Positions 19,208 through 28,911 are shown, counted from the first letter of the stretch. The stretch is 51,087 bases of DNA from Promethearchaeota archaeon (GCA_048940645.1 JBHLOI010000023.1:1-51087); one strand, 5' to 3'. The notes: generated by a model not told the origin, from the sequence alone. Numbers and translations are program-made.

Positions 19208-20284
19208 ATGTCAAGTAAGTCCATTCCTTCTTCACTAAATGTTTCAAGAGAATCAATTTTGTGTTTATCATATTTTGATTCAATAATTGGGCCATCCACT
19301 TTTTATTGTAGTTCACCTATCGATACTAAAGAGCACCCTGACTTAGGTAGAATCCTTGAATTTCAAGAACATGAAGGTAGTTTTATTTTTTCTTACCGTA
19401 AATACCAAACAATTAATAAGATTTTTTATATTGATTCCGAATTCGCTAGAGGTGGTAAGGATCTTTTAATGATTACATATATGATAAGGGCGGCTTATTT
19501 TAAGGATGAAATTACAGATGTTTATAGATATTTAGAATCTAAAATACCAGAATTAGAAAATTTTGCAAAAGAAATAAGTAAATTAAAAGAATTGACAGAA
19601 ATTCTTCATACCGAGAAAAACCGAAAAGTACAGCAGGATTTACTGAGCATAGGTTCAGAAGATTTTCAAAATCAATTTTTAGAAATTTTTTATAAATATT
19701 ATCAGATAATATCCCCAGAAATAGCTGTGCCAACACCAATTATTGCAAAGGGAGAATTAAAAAAGCTATACATATTTGGCCCTCCTAAGTCAGGAAAAAC
19801 GACGTTGTTAAAGAATTTAGAAGTTATACAATTTTTACAGTATAAAGACAATGAAAAAAAAAGAGATATGATCAGTAAGATCTACGATTTTATTATAGAA
19901 AATATAGAAATTTTAACATACGAGTGTATTGAAGATGAGAGTAAAGGAGAATATGCTAAACTCTATGATGAATGTATGGATAACGCCCAAGGTTTTATGC
20001 TTATCTTTAATGCATCAAATAAAGATTCTTTAAAAGACGTTATTGATATGTTTCAATTGGTTTTGAATAGGTGCTTAGATAAAGAGGAATACATGCCAAT
20101 AGTAATTATTGGGAATAAATTTTATAATAAAGAGAAAGTGGATCCTAATTTTATTTATAAGAATTTCGATTTAAATGAATTAGCAGAATGTGGTATGTTA
20201 GTCAAATATTTCGCTATTAATGTTTTAACTGAAGATGAAAAGATCGTCGAAGCTTTAAGATGGATATTACAACAATTAATCTAA
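19208..20284 (+). CDS. uDENN/longin (NPRL2/FLCN-like) domain fused to a degenerate small GTPase
   Basis: N-terminal LSYFDSIIGP and IDSEFARGG; P-loop GPPKSGKTT; G4 NKFY; no DxxG in canonical context. Confidence 0.75.
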   Translation: MSSKSIPSSLNVSRESILCLSYFDSIIGPSTFYCSSPIDTKEHPDLGRILEFQEHEGSFIFSYRKYQTINKIFYIDSEFARGGKDLLMITYMIRAAYFKDEITDVYRYLESKIPELENFAKEISKLKELTEILHTEKNRKVQQDLLSIGSEDFQNQFLEIFYKYYQIISPEIAVPTPIIAKGELKKLYIFGPPKSGKTTLLKNLEVIQFLQYKDNEKKRDMISKIYDFIIENIEILTYECIEDESKGEYAKLYDECMDNAQGFMLIFNASNKDSLKDVIDMFQLVLNRCLDKEEYMPIVIIGNKFYNKEKVDPNFIYKNFDLNELAECGMLVKYFAINVLTEDEKIVEALRWILQQLI

Positions 20285-20479
20285 TAATTATTTAAATAAG
20301 CTGAATGTATTTAACTGATTTATCTGAATTTAAATGAATTATAGAAAATTCCACATAATCCGTGTTCTATTATCATATTCTTGTATTTCCAATTAATAAA
20401 TTAGAATATAAACCTTTTTTATTTCTAAATGATATCTAAGTAATATCAAATGATATTCATATTAAGAAGGTAAAAGATT

Positions 20480-20776
20480 ATGGCTGAAATGAAAATACCT
20501 ATTATAATTACAAAAGAAGGTTGTACGCGATGTCTCGAGTTAAAAACATGGTTAGATGAAAATAATGTATCTTATGTAGAGGAAGATATTAATAATGAGG
20601 AGTTTGTACATCAATTATTACACGATGATAACTTCTTAGGTACGTTTTGCGATGCTGATGGATGTATCGTAAATACTCCTGTTGTAATGTACAAAGGTAA
20701 ATATCTTTTTAAAGAACTTTTCGGAATTAATGGTTTGCGTAAAAAGGAAGCTAAAAGAATATTTGGGGTTAAATAG
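20480..20776 (+). CDS. glutaredoxin-like protein
   Basis: TKEGCTRC, NTPVV; extra CDADGC. Confidence 0.8.
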   Translation: MAEMKIPIIITKEGCTRCLELKTWLDENNVSYVEEDINNEEFVHQLLHDDNFLGTFCDADGCIVNTPVVMYKGKYLFKELFGINGLRKKEAKRIFGVK

Positions 20777-20836
20777 TATTTTATTATAATTATTTTTTTA
20801 TTATTATTCCTATTTTTAATAGAAAATTACTTATTA

Positions 20837-21439
20837 TTAATCTATTTTAAATTCAGCAAGTCTTTTTATTACTTTTCTTATAGATCTTAAACCTTCTTCA
20901 TCTTGTTCGATTCCTTCTTTTCCTTTATCTTTTGTCCATAAACTTGCTCCTAAATTTGCACCAAATGCCCCCCCAGAAACACAAATAATGTGGTTTTGTT
21001 GGAAAAAGTCTAAAATGCTCCTAATTGCTATCTCTTGTCCCCCATTTCGATCACCACCAACTGCTAATGCCATTCCAATTTTATTTTTAAAAACTTCTGT
21101 ATTTTTAGCTAATAACGCTCTGCAACGATCGATCACAGTCTTCAACTGCCCAGATAAATTTCCTTGGAATACTGGTGTACCAAATAGAAGAAATTTTGCG
21201 CGTTCCAATTTAGGGTATAATTCTTGTAGGTCATCCTTATGAACACACCCTTTTTTTTCACGTATACAATAATCGCAATTTATACAAAATTTAATCTCTT
21301 TATTTCTAACAGTCCAAAAGTCAGTCTCAAAACTAAATTTTTCTGTAGCGTAATTTAAAGCATATTCAACAGAAAATTCAGTACCTTGCTTTCTGGGACT
21401 TCCACATATTCCTAACAGAAGGGACTTATTTTCTTCCAT
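20837..21439 (-). CDS. iron-sulfur flavoprotein (Isf)/flavodoxin family
   Basis: GSPR..G.T, CINCDYC....GC, GTPVF, GGDRNGGQE. Confidence 0.9.
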   Translation of the reverse strand: MEENKSLLLGICGSPRKQGTEFSVEYALNYATEKFSFETDFWTVRNKEIKFCINCDYCIREKKGCVHKDDLQELYPKLERAKFLLFGTPVFQGNLSGQLKTVIDRCRALLAKNTEVFKNKIGMALAVGGDRNGGQEIAIRSILDFFQQNHIICVSGGAFGANLGASLWTKDKGKEGIEQDEEGLRSIRKVIKRLAEFKID

Positions 21440-21524
21440 AATAATATTACTATTTTTATTTCTTATTTATAATTACCAATTATTTCTAAAAAATATTTTA
21501 AATTCTTCAAAACTACCATTTTCA

Positions 21525-22178
21525 ATGGATTCAAGCAAAACAAGTTTAGCAAGAATCAAAATTAAATTTCCGAAAGATCTGTGGTTCTCAGACATTTTCA
21601 ACAATTTTCAGGACGTTAGAATGGAAATTGAATACTTTTTACCATACGATCTTGAAAAGTCAATCGGAAATGCAATAATTGAGATCATGCATTATAATAT
21701 AGACTCTATTATCGAAAAAATTAAAAACCATGTCTCAGTTTTCGAACTTGGTATTTTAGAAAAGGAAGAAACCAAAGTTAGAATTAATGTAAAAACAAAG
21801 GATCCATATTTATTGTATGCTGTAATTCAATGTGGGGTACTGGTTAATTTTCCAGTTAGAGTCAAAGAGGGATATGCTTATTGGAGGTTAATTTCAAGCA
21901 GAGAGAGAATTGATAAACTTTTAACGCTCTTTGAAGAAAAAAATATATCTTATGAATTATTGAGAATTGGAAAAGCCCCTTATGATCTTGAGGATGAGAG
22001 ATATAAATTAAGTTTGGAAGAATCCCAAATTCTGGATAAAGCTATAAGCCTAGGGTTTTTCGAAATCCCTCGAAAAATTTCTTTAGAAGAACTAGCAAAT
22101 AAATTGGGAAAATCAAAATCTGCTTTATCAGTTATGTTGAGAAAAATTATTAAAAAAAAAGTTATGCTTCAATCTTAA
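21525..22178 (+). CDS. HTH_10 (bacterio-opsin activator-type) transcriptional regulator
   Basis: C-terminal LS..E..IL..A...GFFEIPRKISLEELA..LG.SKSALS..LRK. Confidence 0.88.
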   Translation: MDSSKTSLARIKIKFPKDLWFSDIFNNFQDVRMEIEYFLPYDLEKSIGNAIIEIMHYNIDSIIEKIKNHVSVFELGILEKEETKVRINVKTKDPYLLYAVIQCGVLVNFPVRVKEGYAYWRLISSRERIDKLLTLFEEKNISYELLRIGKAPYDLEDERYKLSLEESQILDKAISLGFFEIPRKISLEELANKLGKSKSALSVMLRKIIKKKVMLQS

Positions 22179-22196
22179 AAAAAATAATAAAAAAAA

Positions 22197-22982
22197 TTAT
22201 ATCCATTCTTCTTTTAAAATATCCCCTTGGACGCCTACGACAATATACTTGATAGGAACTTTTCTGGTTGCTCGTTTAGCACCTTCTTGAGCTAAAGCTA
22301 ATAAGCCTGAACAACAAGGAACTTCCATTATCGCAACAGTAAGGGTGTTAATTTTAGCGTCATCAATCAAAGATTTAATCTTTTCTATGTAAATATCTTT
22401 ACCTTGATCAAGTTTAGGACAAGCGATCGCAATCGATTTTTTCGTTAAGAAATCTCTATGAAAATCACCATAGGAAAAACCAACACAATCTGCTGATAAT
22501 AATACATCTGCCCCTTGATAATAAGGCGCTCGTGGATTGATTAAATGCATTTGAACAGGCCACTGTCGTAGAGCTGAGGAAATCTTTCCTGTTACTTCTG
22601 AGTTAGTTTCTTGCTCACTGAATACCATGGTTTGAGCTGAAGGGCAACCGCATTGATGAGCATGTTCAGCAACTATTTTTTTCACTTGGTCTGTTTCAAT
22701 TTTTTCATTATGTTTCATAGTCTCTAAATGTTTCTCAACAGCTTCCTCATCAAACTCTAGAGCTTCTCGTTCAATTATTTCAAGTGCACCCTCAGGACAA
22801 CCAGAAATGCACGCACCAAGACCATCACAGAAAACTTCATTTATAACTCTAGCTTTTCCATCGATTACTTTTAAAGCACCCTCTGCGCAATCTACAACAC
22901 AATTTCCGCATCCTGTACAAAGATCCTCATCGATCTTGATAATTTTTCGTTTTATTAATTTATGTTGTTTTACTTCAGTCAT
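22197..22982 (-). CDS. 2x[4Fe-4S] ferredoxin-domain protein of the type usually encoded beside hybrid cluster protein
   Basis: CTGCGNCVVDC, CDGLGACISGCP, then GCP, LRQWPVQ, ADC, IACPKLD, MEVPCC. Confidence 0.85.
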   Translation of the reverse strand: MTEVKQHKLIKRKIIKIDEDLCTGCGNCVVDCAEGALKVIDGKARVINEVFCDGLGACISGCPEGALEIIEREALEFDEEAVEKHLETMKHNEKIETDQVKKIVAEHAHQCGCPSAQTMVFSEQETNSEVTGKISSALRQWPVQMHLINPRAPYYQGADVLLSADCVGFSYGDFHRDFLTKKSIAIACPKLDQGKDIYIEKIKSLIDDAKINTLTVAIMEVPCCSGLLALAQEGAKRATRKVPIKYIVVGVQGDILKEEWI

Positions 22983-23021
22983 ATTTAAAAAAAATGGAAG
23001 TGATTATATATTTTTAATTTC

Positions 23022-23031
23022 GAACATGTTC
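23022..23031. promoter_or_regulatory. GAACATGTTC palindromic operator, copy 1
   Basis: Perfect 10-bp palindrome about 11 nt upstream of the minus-strand TATATAA box of the ferredoxin gene. Confidence 0.65.
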
Positions 23032-23235
23032 AAATAAAAACTTGAGATAGGTTTAGGAAGAGAGAAATAATTACGTATTCTGTTCAAAAATTTGAACACT
23101 AACTTCGTCCATCTTTAAAAATCCATTAGAACCATCGTATCAAAATAAAAAAAGTGTTTTAAGAATTAATAGAAATATTTTTAAAAAGATATCGCTAAAT
23201 AACTTTAATCAATATTAGATAATAGGGGAGTATCT

Positions 23236-23727
23236 ATGAAAGTTAAATGGAAAACTTTTAGGAATTCCCTTCCATATATTTGTACTAATTGTGAAGAGTT
23301 CTCTAATATGCAACGGGAATATTGCGAACAATGCGGTAAAAAAGATAGTCTTAGGAAAACTACAAGAGAAGACTATGAGAAACAAACCGAAAAAGTCGAG
23401 GTTGAAAGTACTAAAATAGAAGAAACGTATTATAAAACTGGAGGTCACCCCCGACGGGGGGGAGAACACCCTGGAAGACCAAAAAGGATGAAAAAGATTT
23501 ATGTAGTATTAATTTGCTTTGGCGCGATTTTAATCATTGACGTTATTGGGTTTTTTATTATATTGAACAGACTTAATATATCTATAGATCAAATTGGCGA
23601 TCATTTGCCATTATTTTTAATGTTGTTTGGTTTCTCATTAGTAGCTCTAGTTATCCTTGTAATAGGTATTCTTATAGCTTATCATGGGGGAAAAATTGAG
23701 CAAGAAATATTATTTGGCAGGCCTTAA
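23236..23727 (+). CDS. zinc-ribbon protein with two C-terminal TM helices
   Basis: CTNC...CEQCG; GGHPRRGGEHPGRP linker; two hydrophobic segments; GGGGAG SD. Confidence 0.7.
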   Translation: MKVKWKTFRNSLPYICTNCEEFSNMQREYCEQCGKKDSLRKTTREDYEKQTEKVEVESTKIEETYYKTGGHPRRGGEHPGRPKRMKKIYVVLICFGAILIIDVIGFFIILNRLNISIDQIGDHLPLFLMLFGFSLVALVILVIGILIAYHGGKIEQEILFGRP

Positions 23728-23778
23728 GCTCCATATTAGACTTTAAATATATAAAAAAAAGAAATTAAAAAAACAAGT

Positions 23779-25683
23779 TTAAATACCGAGTTTTCTCCTA
23801 TTTGATTCGATATGCTCTAACATAGCATCAACGGCTTCTTTCGTATCGGTTTCAACGTGTAAAATACCACCGGTTATATCTTTACAGTCTATAGTTAAGA
23901 GTTTGACTAGATCAGGACCTCCTGTAACTGTAGGAACTGGATTAACATAAGTGTAAAGCCCAAATGCCAAAGCAAAAATTGCATCAATTGTAGCCTTTTG
24001 TTCCATATATTCTGGCGCAACAGCAACAATTGGCAAATCGGGTATTGGAACGCCTCCTAAATCACTTGAAACTGCTGCAACAAGATCTGCTACTCGACCA
24101 GTGTCTGTACAAGTTCCATAACTTAAAACTGGTGGTGTACCGAGTTTTTCGCAAAGAGCTTTAAGTCCTGGTCCTGCTAACTCCCTTGCTTCTGGTGAAC
24201 ATAAGCCAGCAACTTGGAGTCCGCCGTTTCCACACCCCATTGATAATACTAAAACATCTCTTTTTATTAATTCCTTTGCTATATCAATAGTATGGACATC
24301 TTGACCATAATCTCGCAGAGTTGTACAAGATACTAATCCTGCAATGCCTCTTATTGTTCCATCTTTAATGGCATCTAATAATGGTTCAAGGGTACCTCCC
24401 AATGCTTCCAATATACTTTCTGCTGAAAACCCAACGACAGCTTCATTCATATCGAGTCCGGTAACGGGTTTAATATCAGCATGCCGTTCTTTAAAATTGT
24501 CTATTGCCAATTGAAGTAATTTGGCTGCTTGTTCCTCAGCTTTTTCTGGGACATAGTCTACCCTTTCATCAATTCCTTCAAAAACGACCACTTCTGATAC
24601 GGGGATTAATTTAAATTTGTACTTTTTTGCATATAGAGGATCAATAGGCATACAACAATTCATGTCGCATATAAATGCATCAATGCATCCACTTGCAAAA
24701 ACTGCCTCCTGCATAATCCAATTACCAGTAAAACCATAAAAAACATCATCCATTTCCCATCTTTGGATCATTTCCTGACCTGTTTCTATATTAGCTATAA
24801 TTCTCAAACCCTTTGCGCCCATTGACTTCGCTTTTTCTTGCCACTCAGGTTTACGTGCTAACTGAACCATAGCAAATCCTAAGAATGGTTCATGCCCATT
24901 AGGTAAAATATTAACATAATCAGGATCTAACACTCCTAAATTTACCCGCATTTTATGGGGTCTTGGAACATTAAACAAAATATCTTGAATAAATTCATTT
25001 ACAATTTGACTTTGATATGCCATTGCAATTCCTAAACGCATTGCTTTCAAGGCAAGACTAGCATAATACCCATCTACATTAGTTAAACACGAGCTTGTCG
25101 AAAACATCATTTCTCCGTAAACTCCGCCTGGAAAGATGCCCAATTTTCTCCATATTTCTTGTCTTTCTTTTGGAGCTAAGGCTTCCACAACTTTACTAGT
25201 TTCGGTATAAGAGCGATTAAAATCTTCTTTAACAAAGTTATGCAATCTCAACGCAATCTGGTTAATATCACCAGAAGTATCGATTCCAAGACGAGTTGCG
25301 AAATTTTTTAATTTTTCAGGTTCACTTATTTTAAAAGGACTTTTTCCCTCAATAGTGGCTTTTAATGTTCTTAGAGTAGTTTCGGTATGATAATGATAGG
25401 TTGAAGTTCCCATTACGTTTCTAAGAAGCATCATTCGCATAGCCATCCCGTCTGCAGTAATTCCACATACTCCCCTCTTATCAATAGAAGCATCAGCACG
25501 ACAAGGGCCATTAGAGCATAAATCACACCGAGCGCCTTTTAAACAAAATGGACATCGTTTATCGGGAACTCCTGCAAATCCTTGTGCTTCAAAACGATCC
25601 CAAATATTAGTCATTCCATCATTTTTAATACGTTCATATACTTTTTGAACAGATTTATGATAAGACTTTCTTTCTCCTTCCAT
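23779..25683 (-). CDS. cooS: CooS-type Ni-CODH homolog, atypical (CooS-V-like)
   Basis: CPFC + CDLCSNGPC..GVCG, NGHEP, DMNC, VSCTT, MGCG, GTCTD, EQKA. Canonical CCTG is replaced by IETG. Confidence 0.88.
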   Translation of the reverse strand: MEGERKSYHKSVQKVYERIKNDGMTNIWDRFEAQGFAGVPDKRCPFCLKGARCDLCSNGPCRADASIDKRGVCGITADGMAMRMMLLRNVMGTSTYHYHTETTLRTLKATIEGKSPFKISEPEKLKNFATRLGIDTSGDINQIALRLHNFVKEDFNRSYTETSKVVEALAPKERQEIWRKLGIFPGGVYGEMMFSTSSCLTNVDGYYASLALKAMRLGIAMAYQSQIVNEFIQDILFNVPRPHKMRVNLGVLDPDYVNILPNGHEPFLGFAMVQLARKPEWQEKAKSMGAKGLRIIANIETGQEMIQRWEMDDVFYGFTGNWIMQEAVFASGCIDAFICDMNCCMPIDPLYAKKYKFKLIPVSEVVVFEGIDERVDYVPEKAEEQAAKLLQLAIDNFKERHADIKPVTGLDMNEAVVGFSAESILEALGGTLEPLLDAIKDGTIRGIAGLVSCTTLRDYGQDVHTIDIAKELIKRDVLVLSMGCGNGGLQVAGLCSPEARELAGPGLKALCEKLGTPPVLSYGTCTDTGRVADLVAAVSSDLGGVPIPDLPIVAVAPEYMEQKATIDAIFALAFGLYTYVNPVPTVTGGPDLVKLLTIDCKDITGGILHVETDTKEAVDAMLEHIESNRRKLGI

Positions 25684-25784
25684 GATTCATAACTTCTTTT
25701 TGTTTTGTTTTTTAAGACAATCTAATTAATAAATATAGTTCTTATAAACTAAACATAACAAATGTTTACTTTGATTTAAAATTA

Positions 25785-25804
25785 AATTAGAACATGTTCT
25801 AATT
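25785..25804. promoter_or_regulatory. AATTAGAACATGTTCTAATT palindromic operator, copy 2
   Basis: Perfect 20-bp palindrome between divergent cooS and NAD(P)H oxidoreductase genes. Confidence 0.7.
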
Positions 25805-25894
25805 GAAATTAAAAATTGAAAATTAAATTGAAACATAAAGAATTTTCAACATATAATAATAAGTTTAAAATAGGGTGAATAACCTAATAATTCT

Positions 25895-27235
25895 ATGAAA
25901 ATTGTCATTGTTGGAAACGGGATTGCTGGGATTTTTACTGCACAAAATATTAGAAGTTTAGATAAAGAGATTAAACTTGAGATTTATTCTCAAGAACCCT
26001 ATCCCTATTATTGGAGAATAAAAACACCAGAACTTATTCCCAGAAAAAAAACCATAAAAGAGTTAATAGTTTATAATGAGGATTGGTATAAAAATAATAG
26101 AATTGATTCCTACTTGGGAAAAAAAGTTGTTGAAATTAAACCTGATGAGAGACAACTAATTATTGAAGGCGAAAAAGAGCCAGTAAAATATGATAAATTA
26201 GTTCTTGCTTTGGGTAGTATCCCAAACATACCACCCTCTATTAAAAATGCTGTTAGTATGGTTGGTAAGGGAGTTTTTACTTTAAGATCTATTGATGACG
26301 CTTTAAATATTAGAGAATATATTAAAGATAATGAAGTTGAAAGGGCTATTATTATAGGAGGTGGATTGTTGGGATTAGAGCTAGCTCGCCAGATAAAAAA
26401 TTGCAACCTAGATACGACAGTTGTGGAATTTTTTCCACGCCTTTTACCACGTCAATTGGATACTGAGTGTGGAGAAATGCTTAAGGCAGAAATAGAGAAA
26501 ATGGGTATTAAAGTTGTATTAGGGGCTGAAACGGAAGAAATTTTAATAAATGGGGAAGTTGAGGGAATTAAATTAAAAGATGGCAGAATCTTTAAAAGTG
26601 AGATAGTGTTAATTCAAGCAGGCATAAGACCAACAATTGATATTGCTAAAGATGCGGGAATTAATACAAATCGAGGCATAGTAGTAAATCAGTTCCTAGA
26701 AACTAGTATCGAAGATATATTTGCATTAGGAGATTGTATAGAATATAATAATCAAATCTACGGTATTATTCCCGCATGCGTTGAGCAATCTAAGATATTA
26801 GCTTCTTACATTCTAGGAAAAGAAAAGATAAAGTATAATGGCACAACTCCCAAAAATACCCTAAAAATTGTAGGAATTAATTTAACTTCAATAGGACGAA
26901 TTAACCCTCCTGAAGAAGAAAGCGGAGCTTGGGAAATTTTAAGAAAAGCTGATAAAAAAGATTGTTGTTATCAGAAGATTGTACTAAAAGATAATAAACT
27001 AAAGGGTGCGATTTTATTTGGGGAGAGTAAAAATCTCAGTTTTGTAAGTCAAAATATGAATAAAGAAATTAATAAAGATATGATGAAAGAGTTACTTGAA
27101 TTGTATATTTGGAGGTGTCCTAGTTGTGGATGGGAATATGATGAGGCAGAAATGGAAGTTTTGTTCAAAGATTTAGCAGCTGATTTCAAATGTGTGGGAT
27201 GTGGTGGTTCTAAAGATGAATTTATTAAAAAATGA
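25895..27235 (+). CDS. NAD(P)H-dependent FAD oxidoreductase (NROR/NirB-like) with C-terminal rubredoxin domain
   Basis: GNGIAG, GGGLLGLE, FALGDC; C-terminal WRCPSCGWEYD...FKCVGCG. Confidence 0.9.
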   Translation: MKIVIVGNGIAGIFTAQNIRSLDKEIKLEIYSQEPYPYYWRIKTPELIPRKKTIKELIVYNEDWYKNNRIDSYLGKKVVEIKPDERQLIIEGEKEPVKYDKLVLALGSIPNIPPSIKNAVSMVGKGVFTLRSIDDALNIREYIKDNEVERAIIIGGGLLGLELARQIKNCNLDTTVVEFFPRLLPRQLDTECGEMLKAEIEKMGIKVVLGAETEEILINGEVEGIKLKDGRIFKSEIVLIQAGIRPTIDIAKDAGINTNRGIVVNQFLETSIEDIFALGDCIEYNNQIYGIIPACVEQSKILASYILGKEKIKYNGTTPKNTLKIVGINLTSIGRINPPEEESGAWEILRKADKKDCCYQKIVLKDNKLKGAILFGESKNLSFVSQNMNKEINKDMMKELLELYIWRCPSCGWEYDEAEMEVLFKDLAADFKCVGCGGSKDEFIKK

Positions 27236-27245
27236 GGGTTAAATT

Positions 27246-27389
27246 ATGACAATATATCGCTGTAAAAGATGCAATTATTTATATATTAATGGAGAGCAAG
27301 ATATTCATTTTGAAAAATTAGAAGATAACTTTAAATGTCCGAAATGTCGTGCTTCTAAGACCTTTTTTATTGAAAAGAACTCGTTATAG
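27246..27389 (+). CDS. rubredoxin-like protein (47 aa; missing from ORF track)
   Basis: MTIYRCKRCNYLY...FEKLEDNFKCPKCRASKTFF; starts 10 nt after the oxidoreductase stop, GAGG SD. Confidence 0.85.
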   Translation: MTIYRCKRCNYLYINGEQDIHFEKLEDNFKCPKCRASKTFFIEKNSL

Positions 27390-27431
27390 TGCATAGAACA
27401 CATAAAAATTAAGAATAGTAGATTGAAACAG

Positions 27432-28484
27432 TCAATTCCTCACTTTTCCTATTAAAATCTCACTATAAGGTAAAAGATTGATAAAGTAAATTATGCATAA
27501 ACTAAAAACACATACATTAATAAACAATATTAAGTAGAATAGAGCTCCAATTTCAAATATTTGTCCTATCAAACTAGTGATTAAGGGGTGGATTAAATAA
27601 ATGCCATATGAATATCTTCCAAAAAAACCAAGTAAATTCCCTATTTTCCTTTCTTTCAAATAAAGACTTACTTTATAAAAAATCAATATGGCTAGTATGC
27701 TTAAAGGCAAGGTTATTAATTTAAAATATACTAAATCCATGATATAATAATAGCTTAACAAAATTGAAGGAATAAAAATTAGAATTTCTATAAAAAGACT
27801 CTTTTTACTATTCGATTTATCTATTATCTGGCCATATTTCTCAGCAAAATACATTCCTAAAAAAAAGTAAAAGATATAAGAGATAAAAGCGTGTTTAATA
27901 AAAAAGATTAAAACTTGCATATCTGGATTAAATAAAAATTGCTTGTATGTGCTAATTTCAAGAAGAATCCATATTAATTGTAAAATAAGTGAGCCCGCTA
28001 AAAGCTTAACCTTATTAAATTTTTCAAAACATTTATTTATTAACGGAAAGAATAAATAAAAAGATATTAATAACCCCATAAACCAGAAATGAAATTCTAC
28101 TGAAAATGTTAATATTTGATAAATCCCTTCTAAAAAATTCATATTTTTATCGAATTTCCAGTTATTATAAAAAAGATAGATTAATGAAAATAATAGATAT
28201 GGCAGAATTATTTTTTTGACTCTAGATTTAAAAATTGATTTTAAAGAATTTTCATTGACATATTTTAAACGCAAAAAGTAAGCAGAAATAAAAAGAAAGA
28301 TTGGTACAGCTGATTGTGCTATAATGAAAATAACACCATATGTTAGAAGATATTCAATCCCTTCATTATAATGATAAACTAAACCAAAAGTATGGATAAT
28401 AACAACAAAAAGTATGGCAAATCCTCTTAAAGTGTCGAATTCTTTTATATTTTCATATGAAGTTATTTTTGAATCTAAGCTCAT
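27432..28484 (-). CDS. acyltransferase family 3 membrane protein
   Basis: DTLRGFAILFVVIIH, AVPIFLFISAY, R..KI..PY, HFWF, GRYSYGIYLIH. Confidence 0.9.
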   Translation of the reverse strand: MSLDSKITSYENIKEFDTLRGFAILFVVIIHTFGLVYHYNEGIEYLLTYGVIFIIAQSAVPIFLFISAYFLRLKYVNENSLKSIFKSRVKKIILPYLLFSLIYLFYNNWKFDKNMNFLEGIYQILTFSVEFHFWFMGLLISFYLFFPLINKCFEKFNKVKLLAGSLILQLIWILLEISTYKQFLFNPDMQVLIFFIKHAFISYIFYFFLGMYFAEKYGQIIDKSNSKKSLFIEILIFIPSILLSYYYIMDLVYFKLITLPLSILAILIFYKVSLYLKERKIGNLLGFFGRYSYGIYLIHPLITSLIGQIFEIGALFYLILFINVCVFSLCIIYFINLLPYSEILIGKVRN

Positions 28485-28602
28485 TTAACAATCAGAATAG
28501 TTTCGTATTTATAAAATATTAAATTAATATTTTTAATAAATATTCGATTAACGAATCCAATTAATTTAAAATTAATTTTTATGACAAGAGGTTGTTTACG
28601 CC

Positions 28603-28743
28603 ATGGCTAAATGGGAATGTGGTGCTTGCGGCTATATATATGATGAAGATGCCGAAGGTACTAAGTTTGAGGATTTACCTGATGACTGGATTTGCCCTGT
28701 TTGTGGAGTAGATAAGAGTTTCTTCACAAAAATCTCAGATTGA
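28603..28743 (+). CDS. rubredoxin (46 aa; missing from ORF track)
   Basis: [46 protein letters not shown]; GAGG SD upstream. Confidence 0.95.
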   Translation: MAKWECGACGYIYDEDAEGTKFEDLPDDWICPVCGVDKSFFTKISD

Positions 28744-28911
28744 AAGTCAATATTAATACTAATTCTTTTTTTTAATTTTTAGAATAATCTTTTTTAGAAA
28801 CATTAATTGAATCTTAAAATCTTTTTATGAGATATAGAAATTAAATTTATAATCGTGATGAAACTAAACATAGATAATAGAATAAATCCTAAAAAAGTGA
28901 TGAATTGAATA

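Noticed and set aside
23022-23031. GAACATGTTC fits the p53 half-site RRRCWWGYYY and resembles the Gram-positive LexA box
   Set aside because: No such factor is evident, and the LexA spacer is 4 nt rather than 2. Treated as coincidence.
23440-23481. GC-rich hairpin CCCCCGACGGGGG
   Set aside because: Lies in frame within a CDS and is explained by the Gly/Pro/Arg linker GGHPRRGGEHPGRP.
25895-28743. Selenocysteine read-through at TGA stops of redox genes (27233, 28741; also 8544, 6120)
   Set aside because: Each TGA falls at the natural end of the domain, all catalytic positions are Cys, and no convincing SECIS was seen.
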